NCBI GenBank assembly: GCA_036481345.1
Contig: JAZGHU010000012.1
Location: 1 to 37,689 of the forward strand
Length of the DNA: 37,689 bases
Direction of reading: 5' to 3'
Origin: Candidatus Woesearchaeota archaeon
GTDB taxonomy: Archaea > Nanobdellota > Nanobdellia > Woesearchaeales > WJKL01
Part shown: positions 1-8,326 of the stretch, one piece after another
Layout: the number at the start of each line of letters is the position of its first letter
Numbering within the stretch: position 1 is the stretch's first letter
Position numbers and translations under genes: made by a program
The notes under the pieces: generated by a model
Databases searched by the model: none
The model's input: the letters and a program-made list of their open reading frames with translations, nothing else
What the model was told of the DNA's origin: nothing

Positions 1-64
1 TTGAGTAACTCTCTATACGGGCCAAGATACGCCTTTTTAAGGCTTTATAGGCCTTGTAAAGCAT
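1..64 (-). CDS. Possible 5' end of a gene running off the left edge (MLYKAYKALKRRILARIESYS...)
   Basis: Minus-strand ATG at 64..62 is open to base 1; TATA-like TTTATATA on the minus strand at about 98-105. Only 21 codons are visible. Confidence 0.35.
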   Translation of the reverse strand, partial: MLYKAYKALKRRILARIESYS

Positions 65-200
65 ATTTTATCTCTATTATTATATAATATGATAGAATAT
101 ATAAAGATTTGTTTTTTTATTAGTTTATTGAACTAATTATAGTTATTAAAAACAATAGAATTGCTGTCAAATAAGTGAATATTTTGAATTTCATTTTGTA

Positions 201-375
201 ATAAACCCTAACAAGGCGTAAGCCTTGCCAGGGAAAAAGGGGGTTTTATCCGAATTGCTTCGAATAGTATGATAAACCCCTAAAATGCCTCCGAAAAGGC
301 ATTTAAGGGGAAAAGAGGTGTTTAGATAAGCATTAAAAGCTTATTTAATCTCTAATATTTAAATAAGGGGTTTTA
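201..375. repeat. Two structurally homologous hairpin units plus repeated AGGGG(T)TTTA motifs in alternating orientation
   Basis: Unit 1 (201-250): ataaaccct-aa-caaggc-gtaa-gccttg-cc-aggg-aaaaa-gggggttttat. Unit 2 (271-327): gataaacccct-a-aaatgcct-ccgaaa-aggcattt-a-agggg-aaaa-gaggtgtttag. A further aaggggttttag lies at 365-376. Confidence 0.7.
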
Positions 376-415
376 GAATTTGCCCCCAATTCATTACTAT
401 ACAGTAAGAATATGT

Positions 416-435
416 AGTATATAAATCTTTCTATT
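416..435 (-). promoter_or_regulatory. BRE/TATA-like promoter pointing into the hairpin region
   Basis: Minus strand reads aaatagaaagatttatatact; the same aaatagaaagatttata string lies upstream of the gene at 13417. Confidence 0.45.
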
Positions 436-498
436 TTAATACTACTATTGAGTGGTTATCATAGGAAGGTTTATAACTAGAAAATTTATGATTATTAC

Positions 499-912
499 AT
501 GAAAGATTTAGATAAACTAATTGAAGCAGGAGGATGGCTTAGTTTTGTAGAGACAAGTGGAGATATAGATCTTGATTGGCTTCCACATAAAGTACATTTT
601 GACTTTAATTCTGATATAGATTCTATAATAAAAGAAGATATACCAGCAGCATTTAAGATTACACCAGATACAGGAGGAGGACGTTCAATATCTGTTTGGT
701 TATGGAAAGAAATTCCAGAGGAATATAAACCAGTTCTTTTCTTTCATGAATTAACAGAAGCTATGTATAGTTTTGTTCATGGATATTCTAAAAGAAAATC
801 ACATGATCTTGCTATTATAGCCCATATGGCTTATGCAAAAAAATACCTTTATGAAGAAGAATTCACTGATTTTTGTGCATGGCAAGAACAATTTGAAGAA
901 TATAAAGCATAA
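499..912 (+). CDS. Hypothetical protein with HExxE...H motif (possible metal-binding, zincin-like)
   Basis: 137-aa ORF containing FFHELTEA and a downstream SHDLA; TATA-like ggtttataac about 25 nt upstream. Confidence 0.7.
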   Translation: MKDLDKLIEAGGWLSFVETSGDIDLDWLPHKVHFDFNSDIDSIIKEDIPAAFKITPDTGGGRSISVWLWKEIPEEYKPVLFFHELTEAMYSFVHGYSKRKSHDLAIIAHMAYAKKYLYEEEFTDFCAWQEQFEEYKA

Positions 913-955
913 TTTTGTACAAACCTTTATAAATAATTAATTCTTTAGTTTTTTT

Positions 956-1513
956 ATGACCTCCGATTCAGAGTATCGTTATGAACTTAAGATACCAAAA
1001 GAAAGAATAGCTGTTCTTATTGGTGTGAAAGGAAAAGTAAAAAGAGATATTGAAACCGCTACAAAAACAAAGCTAAAAATTGATTCTGAAGAAGGAGATG
1101 TGTTTATTTCTGGCAAAGAGGCTATTGATTTGTATAATTCTAGGGAAGTTGTTAAGGCAATAGGTAGAGGATTTAATCCAAATATTGCTATGTTATTGTT
1201 AAAACAAGATTATTCTTTAGAAGTTGTTAATATTGAAGAATATACTAAGACAAAAGATCATTTAAAACGTGTTCGTGGGAGGCTTATTGGAACTGAAGGA
1301 AAGGCAAGAAGGACAATAGAGGCTTTGACTGATTGTTATATTTCTATTTATGGAAGAACTGTTGCAGTTATTGGCCATGTTGAGAATGTTCAGATAGCAA
1401 GAAAGGCTGTTGAAGGATTGTTAAGAGGATCTACACATGGAAATATTTATAAATGGTTGGAAAAAAGAAGAAAAGAGGTTATTGAAAACGAACTGAGTGG
1501 AAAAAATGGCTAA
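956..1513 (+). CDS. dim2: KH-domain pre-rRNA processing protein Dim2/Pno1
   Basis: Two KH GxxG loops (LIGVKG, LIGTEG), AIGRGF and HGNIY motifs; usual archaeal position upstream of top6B. Confidence 0.93.
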   Translation: MTSDSEYRYELKIPKERIAVLIGVKGKVKRDIETATKTKLKIDSEEGDVFISGKEAIDLYNSREVVKAIGRGFNPNIAMLLLKQDYSLEVVNIEEYTKTKDHLKRVRGRLIGTEGKARRTIEALTDCYISIYGRTVAVIGHVENVQIARKAVEGLLRGSTHGNIYKWLEKRRKEVIENELSGKNG

Positions 1514-3251
1514 AAAGAAAGCAACACCAAAGAAAAAAGCTCCAGCTAAAAAACAACCAATAGCTCATGAACTTGCTAAAAAGCAAAGAGAGATTTCTGT
1601 TGCCGAGTTTTTTGAGAAAAATAGGCATTTACTTGGATTTGATAATAAAAGAAAGGCTTTGTTGACAACTGTTAAAGAAGCTGTTGATAATGCTCTTGAT
1701 GCTTGTGAAGAAGCGAAGATTTTGCCTGAAGTTAAAGTCCAAATAATTGATCTAAGTACAAAACCAGATGTCAAAAAAGAAGTTGAGGGAGGACAAACAA
1801 CATTAATTACAGAAGAAATCCATGAAAAACCAAAAGTTACTGATAGATATAGAATTATTATTGAAGATAATGGGCCAGGGGTTGTTAAGAAACAGATCCC
1901 AAATATTTTTGCTAAATTACTTTATGGAAGCAAATTTCATACATTGAAGCAGAGTAGGGGCCAGCAAGGAATTGGAATTTCAGCTGCAGCTTTATATGGG
2001 CAACTAACAACAGGAAAACCTATAAGAATTACTTCTAAAATTAGTCCTAAAAGTCCTGCTCATTATTATGAATTAAAGATCAATACTCAGAAAAATGAAC
2101 CAGAGATTGTTAAAGAAAAAGAAATTGAATGGAATAAAGAACATGGAACTAAAATTGAGATTGATCTAGAAGGAACATATCAAGCAGGGGGACAAAGTGT
2201 TGATAAATATCTGAAGCAGACAGCTATTGTTAATCCTCATGTTACTATAATCTATGCAAGCCCATTAGCAAAGCAAATGATATTTCCAAGGGCGGTAGAA
2301 GAGATGCCTGTTGAAAGCAAGGAAATCAAACCACATCCTTATGGGGTTGAGCTTGGAAGGTTGATTAAGATGTTGACAACTACCAAGGCTCGTAATATAT
2401 CTGGATTTTTACAAAAAGATTTTTCAAGAGTTGGATCAGGAACAGCTAAACAAATTTGTCAGAATGCTTCTGTTCTAACTGATACTAAGCCAAAGAAAAC
2501 TACAAGAGAAATGGCTGAAAGATTAATCCATGGAATAAAAGAAACAAGAATCATGAATCCTCCTACTAATTGTTTAAGTCCTATTGGTGCTGAAGCTTTG
2601 GAGAAAGGGTTAAGGAAGGAGATTAAAGCTGAATTTTATGCAGCTGCTACAAGACCACCAGCAGTTTATAGAGGAAATCCATTTATTGTTGAAGCTGGAG
2701 TTGCTTATGGTGGAGAGCAAGAGGAAGAAGGCCAGATCAGATTACTAAGATTTGCAAATAGAGTTCCTTTACTTTATCAGCCAGGAGCTTGTGCTGTTCA
2801 GAAATCTATGGTGCAGACAAATTGGAGAAGTTATGGATTAAGTCAGAGTAAAGGGTCTTTGCCTATTGGTCCTTGTACAATTGTAGTCCATATTGCTTCA
2901 GTATGGGTTCCGTTTACTTCTGAAAGTAAAGAAGCAATTGCACATTATCCTGAAATCATTAAAGAAATCAAGTTAGCTTTACAAGAAGCTGGAAGGAAAC
3001 TTGCACAATATGTTAAGAAGAAAAAAAGAATTGTTGCTGAAGGAAAAAAAAGAGATTACATCCAAACCTATATTCCACATGTTGCTGATGCTTTGAAAAT
3101 ATTATTGAAATTAAAAGAAAAAGATGAAAAGAAAATTGAGAAGATGTTGAAACAATTGCTTGAAAAACAAAGAGGAAAATTAGATCAAATTAAGATTGAT
3201 GATTCAGATTATGATAAGAATTTAGCTTCGGAGGATGCAAATGGCAGCTAA
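1506..3251 (+). CDS. top6B: DNA topoisomerase VI subunit B
   Basis: GHKL motifs [16 protein letters not shown] and [10 protein letters not shown]; RFANRVPL; [12 protein letters not shown]. Start placed at ATG 1506. Confidence 0.97.
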   Translation: MAKKKATPKKKAPAKKQPIAHELAKKQREISVAEFFEKNRHLLGFDNKRKALLTTVKEAVDNALDACEEAKILPEVKVQIIDLSTKPDVKKEVEGGQTTLITEEIHEKPKVTDRYRIIIEDNGPGVVKKQIPNIFAKLLYGSKFHTLKQSRGQQGIGISAAALYGQLTTGKPIRITSKISPKSPAHYYELKINTQKNEPEIVKEKEIEWNKEHGTKIEIDLEGTYQAGGQSVDKYLKQTAIVNPHVTIIYASPLAKQMIFPRAVEEMPVESKEIKPHPYGVELGRLIKMLTTTKARNISGFLQKDFSRVGSGTAKQICQNASVLTDTKPKKTTREMAERLIHGIKETRIMNPPTNCLSPIGAEALEKGLRKEIKAEFYAAATRPPAVYRGNPFIVEAGVAYGGEQEEEGQIRLLRFANRVPLLYQPGACAVQKSMVQTNWRSYGLSQSKGSLPIGPCTIVVHIASVWVPFTSESKEAIAHYPEIIKEIKLALQEAGRKLAQYVKKKKRIVAEGKKRDYIQTYIPHVADALKILLKLKEKDEKKIEKMLKQLLEKQRGKLDQIKIDDSDYDKNLASEDANGS

Positions 3252-4338
3252 AAAAAGTAAAGGAGTTTTACCATTAATACAAGATGTTGCTAATGGTATT
3301 CGTAATAAAATTCTTAAGAAAAAGGCTCCTGAATTACATTCTCCTTTGAGAAGTTTAAGTAATGTTCAATACAATGATAAAGAAGGATATTTGAAATTAA
3401 TGGGCAAGATGAAAACTCGAAGTTTGAGTGCTGCAACTGTTAAATCATTTGCACAGACTCTTAGAATGATGACTTTGAGTAAAGAACTAATTGAAAAAGA
3501 TGATATTGCATCAAAAAGAGAGGCATATTATATTTCTAAAAACTGGGCTGAAGCAAGATTTAAGGAACAGCCTGAATCAGATTCTGTAATGGATGATATT
3601 GAAGCTATGTTGATGACAAATAGAGAACAGCTTGGATTTATCCCTGAGGAGAAAGGAGGAGAGATTGCCGGAAAGTTAATTGTTATTGATAAAGATACTG
3701 AAACTGGGAAAGAGCTTAAAATTGATTGTACTAAATTTGGTTCAGGAGCTTATTCAATTCCTATTTCTGTTGAACATTTAAAGTTTGAGACAAAAGCTAA
3801 GTTTATTTTAGCAATAGAGACAGCAGGTATGTTTCAAAGATTAGTTAAGCATAATTATTGGAAAAAAGCTAATTGTATTTTAGTTTCAATGGGCGGAGTT
3901 CCTACAAGAGCTTGTAGAAGATTTATTAGAAGATTATCTGATGCTAAGAAACTTCCTGTTTATGTATTTACTGATGGAGACCCATATGGATATTTTAATA
4001 TTTATAGAACATTAAAAGTTGGAAGTGGCAATGCTGCACATATTAATGAATTTTTCTGTGTTCCTAGAGCAAAATTTATTGGAATAACTCCACAAGATAT
4101 TGAAGATTACAAATTGCCAACTCATCCCTTGAAAGATATAGATATTAAGAGAGCAAAAGATGCTGTTAAAAATGATCCTTTTGTTCAACATCATAAAGAA
4201 TGGCAAAAAGCAATTAAAAAACAAGTTCAGATGGGAGTAAGGGCAGAACAGCAGGCTTTAGCAAAACATGGATTGAATTTCGTGATAACTGATTATTTAC
4301 CGAAAAAGTTAAAAAATACAAAAACTTGGTTACCATAA
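3241..4338 (+). CDS. top6A: DNA topoisomerase VI subunit A (Spo11 family)
   Basis: KREAYY (catalytic Tyr), TOPRIM IETAG and [14 protein letters not shown]; GGAGG at 3230-3234 favours ATG 3241. Confidence 0.97.
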   Translation: MAAKKSKGVLPLIQDVANGIRNKILKKKAPELHSPLRSLSNVQYNDKEGYLKLMGKMKTRSLSAATVKSFAQTLRMMTLSKELIEKDDIASKREAYYISKNWAEARFKEQPESDSVMDDIEAMLMTNREQLGFIPEEKGGEIAGKLIVIDKDTETGKELKIDCTKFGSGAYSIPISVEHLKFETKAKFILAIETAGMFQRLVKHNYWKKANCILVSMGGVPTRACRRFIRRLSDAKKLPVYVFTDGDPYGYFNIYRTLKVGSGNAAHINEFFCVPRAKFIGITPQDIEDYKLPTHPLKDIDIKRAKDAVKNDPFVQHHKEWQKAIKKQVQMGVRAEQQALAKHGLNFVITDYLPKKLKNTKTWLP

Positions 4339-4339
4339 G

Positions 4340-4456
4340 ATGGCTGATATACCTAAAAGTTGTGTTGGATGCAAAGTTTATGAACAGCATAGAGAAAACT
4401 GTTTCTATTATTGGGAATCAAAAAGAGATTGTACTATGCATAGTGATAAGCAATAA
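4340..4456 (+). CDS. 38-aa Cys-rich microprotein, putative zinc-binding (not in ORF track)
   Basis: MADIPKSCVGCKVYEQHRENCFYYWESKRDCTMHSDKQ*; one base separates its ATG from the top6A stop; CxxC-x9-C-x9-CxxH. Confidence 0.65.
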   Translation: MADIPKSCVGCKVYEQHRENCFYYWESKRDCTMHSDKQ

Positions 4457-4510
4457 GAAGTAATGGTGATATAAAATCACCAAACTTATCAAAATAAGTT
4501 TAATAAGTAA

Positions 4511-4521
4511 CATTTATAAAC
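4511..4521 (+). promoter_or_regulatory. TATA box of the tRNA-Arg/tRNA-Cys(/trmI) unit
   Basis: catTTATAAAc about 25-30 nt upstream of the tRNA 5' end. Confidence 0.6.
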
Positions 4522-4545
4522 AAACTTATTCTTTTTTTGTATTAA

Positions 4546-4655
4546 GGCCCTATAGCCTAGTCTGGATAAGGCGACAGCCTTCTATTGGGTAACCCAATCC
4601 TTTTGGGCATCCAAAAGTAAGCTGTAGATCGAGGGTTCGAATCCCTCTAGGGCCG
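4546..4655 (+). tRNA. tRNA-Arg(TCT) with 35-nt intron at 37/38 (intron 4585-4619)
   Basis: Acceptor GGCCCTA/TAGGGCC, anticodon stem ACAGC/GCTGT, anticodon TCT at 4581-4583, T-arm GAGGG-TTCGAAT-CCCTC; relaxed BHB (CTTC/AAAG, TGGGT/ATCCA). Confidence 0.93.
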
Positions 4656-4667
4656 TTTTTGATATAT

Positions 4668-4757
4668 GGGGACGTGGCCAAGCGGCTAAGGCAGTAGGCT
4701 GCAAATTATTAAAATAGTAGTGCCCTGCGATCCTGGGTTCGAGTCCCAGCGTCCCCT
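4668..4757 (+). tRNA. tRNA-Cys(GCA) with 18-nt intron at 37/38 (intron 4705-4722)
   Basis: Acceptor GGGGACG/CGTCCCC, discriminator T, anticodon stem GTAGG/CCTGC, GCA at 4701-4703, T-arm CTGGG-TTCGAGT-CCCAG; central helix CTGC/GTAG. Confidence 0.93.
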
Positions 4758-4766
4758 TTCATTATC

Positions 4767-5540
4767 ATGAAACTTCTAATATCAAAGCAGAAAAGAGAAT
4801 TTATCAAGGAATTGAATAAAGAAATTTCTATTGTTAAGATGAAAAAGTTCTATGTTGATGATTTGACTAAAGATTATTCTACGCATTATGGAGTTATTTC
4901 TGCAAAAGATTTGAAAAAGAAATCTGGAAGCGTTGTTAAGAGTGATCAAGGCAAAGAGTTTATTGTCTTGGATGCTGATTTTCTTGATGAATATAAAAGA
5001 ATAAAGAGAACTTCTCAGATCATGACTTTGAAAGATATTGGTTATATCATGGCCCAGACTGGTGTTGGCAGTAAAAGTAAAGTAGTTGATGCTGGAACTG
5101 GATGTGGAGCAAATGCAATTTATCTTGCTTACAATTGTAAAGAAGTTGCTAGTTATGATATTAATGAAGAGAATGTAAAAGTAGCTAAGGAAAATATTAA
5201 AAATTTAGGATTAAAAAATATAAAAGTAAAGAATAAAAGTATTTTTTCTGGAATTGATGAAACTGATGTTGATCTGATTGTTTTAGATCTGCCAACTCCT
5301 TGGAATGCAATAAAATCTGTTGAAAAAAGTTTGCGTGTTGGAGGTTATCTCGTTGTGTATAATCCTCAGATGACTCAGACAACTGATTTTGTCAATGCTA
5401 TCAAAGGAAATGACAAATTTATATATGAGAAAACAGTTGAGTTAATAGAAAGAAGCTGGAAAATTGACGGAGTTGTTGCAAGGCCTAGAAGTGAAGGTAT
5501 TGGGCATACTGCATTTTTGACATTTGTTAGAAGAGTTTAG
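4767..5540 (+). CDS. trmI: tRNA (adenine-57/58-N1)-methyltransferase, TrmI/GCD14 family
   Basis: QIMTLKDIG, VVDAGTGCG SAM-binding motif, LDLPTPW, ELIERSW, GHTAFL. Confidence 0.9.
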   Translation: MKLLISKQKREFIKELNKEISIVKMKKFYVDDLTKDYSTHYGVISAKDLKKKSGSVVKSDQGKEFIVLDADFLDEYKRIKRTSQIMTLKDIGYIMAQTGVGSKSKVVDAGTGCGANAIYLAYNCKEVASYDINEENVKVAKENIKNLGLKNIKVKNKSIFSGIDETDVDLIVLDLPTPWNAIKSVEKSLRVGGYLVVYNPQMTQTTDFVNAIKGNDKFIYEKTVELIERSWKIDGVVARPRSEGIGHTAFLTFVRRV

Positions 5541-5575
5541 TTAAGTTTTTATAGTTCTTGTTTTATTTTCTGTTT

Positions 5576-5833
5576 ATGACAACATTATCAGTATTAGCTG
5601 GAATTTTTGGAGTTGTTAATGGGATTGCTAACTTTCCACAGATCTATAAAATATTTAAGAAAAAGAGTGCTTATGACATATCTGTTTTAACATATTCTCT
5701 TTTAACTGTTGGAAGTTTTGTTTGGATCCTTTATGGGATAGAAATCCAGAATATGCCTGTACTTGTAATGAATGGGTTAGCTTTTATTGAATTTATTTTA
5801 GTTCTTTTTGGATGCTATCTGTATGGAAGATAA
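5576..5833 (+). CDS. SemiSWEET / PQ-loop (MtN3) family sugar transporter
   Basis: About 85 aa with three hydrophobic helices, FPQIYKIFKKKSAYDIS, WILYG, PVLVMN. Confidence 0.85.
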   Translation: MTTLSVLAGIFGVVNGIANFPQIYKIFKKKSAYDISVLTYSLLTVGSFVWILYGIEIQNMPVLVMNGLAFIEFILVLFGCYLYGR

Positions 5834-5834
5834 A

Positions 5835-6041
5835 TTATCCTTCATAAGCAAGATCTGCTTCAAGCTGTTCACATCTATCTTGCGGTACACCATTAGCTTG
5901 TGCAAATTCTAATAAATCTGCATCTAATGTGCCTGCAGCTTCTGCACGAGATAATACTCTTTCTCCTAGTGTTTCAGGTCCTAAATATTCACTGCCTTCA
6001 TGGCCTTTTTTTGGATATAGACTTATATTTGCTGAAACCAT
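5835..6041 (-). CDS. Small acidic hypothetical protein
   Basis: 68-aa ORF starting 4 nt after the NTP-transferase stop and exactly filling the gap to the convergent SemiSWEET. Confidence 0.6.
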   Translation of the reverse strand: MVSANISLYPKKGHEGSEYLGPETLGERVLSRAEAAGTLDADLLEFAQANGVPQDRCEQLEADLAYEG

Positions 6042-6044
6042 TTT

Positions 6045-6740
6045 TTACACCTCTAATTTTTTTAATGCTTCTTCTACTTTTGGAATATCTTCTTTACAAC
6101 CAAGATCAATCCAATAATCCTTTAGTTTCAAAGCTTTTACTTTTCCTTGTTTTGCTAAGATTGTGATTGCATCTGTTATTTCATATTCTCCTCTTTCTGA
6201 CAATTCAATCTGGTCTAATGCTGTCCAGATATCTTTTGTGAATTTGTATAATCCTATATTGATTAAATTACTAACAAATTTTTGTGGTTTTTCAACTATT
6301 CTTACTAAATCTTCTCCAACTACTAATAAAATTCCATATTTAGAAGGATCATCTTCTACTTTTCCTACAACATAAGAGAATTCATCCTGCCTGTTTATAT
6401 TTTTCAAATCTTCAACTGAGAATAGATTATCTCCTCCAAGAACAATAAATTCTTCATCTCCACAGAATTCTTCTGCCTGCATCACAGCATGGCCTGTCCC
6501 TTTTTGTTCTGCTTGTTCAAGGATTTTTGCGTTGATGTTATTTTCATCTATAAATTCTTGAATCTGTTCTTTTAGATAACCTGCAATGATTCCAAATTCA
6601 TCAAATCCTGCTTTTTTTAGATTTTCAATAACATAATGCAAGAAAGGTTTGCCATTTACTTCTATTAACACCTTTGGTGTATTTTCTGTCAAAGGAAGCA
6701 TCCTTGTTCCTTTACCTGCTGCCATTATTATTGCTTTCAT
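6045..6740 (-). CDS. Sugar-1-phosphate nucleotidyltransferase (RmlA/GlmU N-domain family)
   Basis: AAGKGTRMLPLT, PKVL, GTGHAV, GDN, VEKP, SERGEYEITD, WIDLG. Confidence 0.92.
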   Translation of the reverse strand: MKAIIMAAGKGTRMLPLTENTPKVLIEVNGKPFLHYVIENLKKAGFDEFGIIAGYLKEQIQEFIDENNINAKILEQAEQKGTGHAVMQAEEFCGDEEFIVLGGDNLFSVEDLKNINRQDEFSYVVGKVEDDPSKYGILLVVGEDLVRIVEKPQKFVSNLINIGLYKFTKDIWTALDQIELSERGEYEITDAITILAKQGKVKALKLKDYWIDLGCKEDIPKVEEALKKLEV

Positions 6741-8223
6741 TTATATCACCTGATTCAAATTTAGCTGCACAATCATCAAATGCTTTTTCTCCCATTGCTA
6801 AAAGTTTGTCTGCATAAAGTTTTGATTGAGCATCTGTTATAATCCTGAAAACGCCTTTTTCTGTTTTAGAAGCCCTATACCATATCCAACCAGGGCCGTG
6901 TTTTTCTAATTCTCTTATTATCTTTAAGCCTCCTGTGGAATCTCCTGTTTTTCTTATCTCTTTTATGAATGATTGATTTTGCCAGTATTGTTCAAGTTTT
7001 GCTCTCATCTTTGGAACAGAATCTGGATCACATTTGATATCAACTCTTGAATTATAATAAGCAGGGAATTCTTCTAAGATCCCTGTTACTTTTTGTTTTC
7101 TTTTTGCCATTAAATGAAGAATCTGAATCAATGATAAGATGCCATCTCTACATTCTGATGGAGGAACTATCCCACCAGAAGAAGAACCTTCTCCACCAAC
7201 TGGCGCGTTCAATTCTTTCATCTTTTCTACAACATTAATCTCCCCTACTTCAACTTCAACAGTTCTTGCATCATGTTTTTTTGCTACTTCTTTGATTAAA
7301 TCAGAAGTTGCATCATTAGTGACTACTATCCTGTTCATCCCTTCATATTCTGATAAGACTGCTTCAACAATTAAAGCTAAAATATATTGGCCAGACAACA
7401 TTCTGCCTCTTTCTTTTGAAAATTTTGAAGAGTTTGGAATAACTAGTTCAACCCTGTCTCCGTCACAATCCCATCCTGCTCCAATGTCTGCTTCCAAGTC
7501 TTCAACATAATAGGCTAGGTAAGCTAGAGATTTTTCATTTGGTTCAACTAATCTATTGAATACACCCAAGGGCATGTTCTTTCCAATCATTTTTACATTT
7601 AGTTTTGCTAAAAGGTCTTTTATCACTGTTGAAGCTGCCCCCCCATTTGGATCAACAACAACTTTGAAGTTTGCATTTTGAATTGCAATAATCCCTTTTT
7701 CTCCTATCTGATTTAGTACAAAGTCAACATAGCTTTTCCTTAATTCTGAACCATGTTCTTCTGATGTTCCCCTTATCTCTTGTTTTTTAGGCGAAGAGTC
7801 AGACTCCTTTGTCGTCTGGGTACCTGGGGCTTTAGAATTATTAATTACTTCTTGAATCTCTTCAGGACGGAGAACAGAACCAGTAGATCTTAGAAATTTC
7901 CATCCATTCCAGATCGGTTCGTTGTGAGAAGCAGAAATTATTACCCCTCCTTGTGCTTTGTAATGCCTTACACCATGCTGGATTGCTGGAGTTGTGTTAA
8001 ATCCAACATCATAAACATCTATTCCTTGACTGAGGAATATTTTTTTCATGTCTTCTTTAATGATTGGGGAAGAAGGACGAGTATCCATACCTAGAATCAG
8101 TAATGGCTTTTTGTTAAGTTTTTTTAAGAAATTTGAATAGGCTAAAGCATAGTTTTCAACAACTTTTCTTGTTAAATCCTTGTTGAACAGTCCTCGTATC
8201 CCTGAAAATGATTCTGTTAGCAT
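6712..8223 (-). CDS. Alpha-D-phosphohexomutase (PGM/PMM/GlmM family)
   Basis: SGIRG, DTRPSS, phospho-Ser loop SASHN, metal loop DCDGDR, GGEG, RASKTE. Confidence 0.93.
   Translation of the reverse strand: MLTESFSGIRGLFNKDLTRKVVENYALAYSNFLKKLNKKPLLILGMDTRPSSPIIKEDMKKIFLSQGIDVYDVGFNTTPAIQHGVRHYKAQGGVIISASHNEPIWNGWKFLRSTGSVLRPEEIQEVINNSKAPGTQTTKESDSSPKKQEIRGTSEEHGSELRKSYVDFVLNQIGEKGIIAIQNANFKVVVDPNGGAASTVIKDLLAKLNVKMIGKNMPLGVFNRLVEPNEKSLAYLAYYVEDLEADIGAGWDCDGDRVELVIPNSSKFSKERGRMLSGQYILALIVEAVLSEYEGMNRIVVTNDATSDLIKEVAKKHDARTVEVEVGEINVVEKMKELNAPVGGEGSSSGGIVPPSECRDGILSLIQILHLMAKRKQKVTGILEEFPAYYNSRVDIKCDPDSVPKMRAKLEQYWQNQSFIKEIRKTGDSTGGLKIIRELEKHGPGWIWYRASKTEKGVFRIITDAQSKLYADKLLAMGEKAFDDCAAKFESGDINESNNNGSR
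7800..7818. repeat. Triloop hairpin inside the phosphohexomutase gene
   Basis: cagac-tc-ctttg-tc-gtctg (minus strand: cagac-GA-C-AAA-G-GA-gtctg) within a GC-richer patch at about 7790-7830. Confidence 0.55.
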
Positions 8224-8259
8224 TTTTATCTCTCGTCGGTATATATAGAAAACAATAAA

Positions 8260-8273
8260 ACTTATATATAAGT
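8260..8273. promoter_or_regulatory. Perfect 14-bp palindrome (bidirectional TATA box or operator) between divergent genes
   Basis: ACTTATATATAAGT is its own reverse complement. Confidence 0.55.
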
Positions 8274-8326
8274 ATTATTAAAATAATTATAATAGTATTA
8301 AAAATTAAATTGTAATAGTGATTAAT

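Noticed and set aside
201-327. Repeat-spacer-repeat look suggesting a mini CRISPR array
   Set aside because: Only two units, internal sequences differ, unit length is about 50-57 bp, and no cas genes are present.
359-394. 11-codon minus-strand ORF MNWGQILKPLI about 25 nt downstream of the TATA at 418-425
   Set aside because: Too short to support as a gene or leader peptide; kept only as part of the non-coding structured locus.
4546-4757. tRNA genes as integration sites for a mobile element
   Set aside because: No integrase, and I saw no duplicated tRNA 3' end elsewhere in the window.
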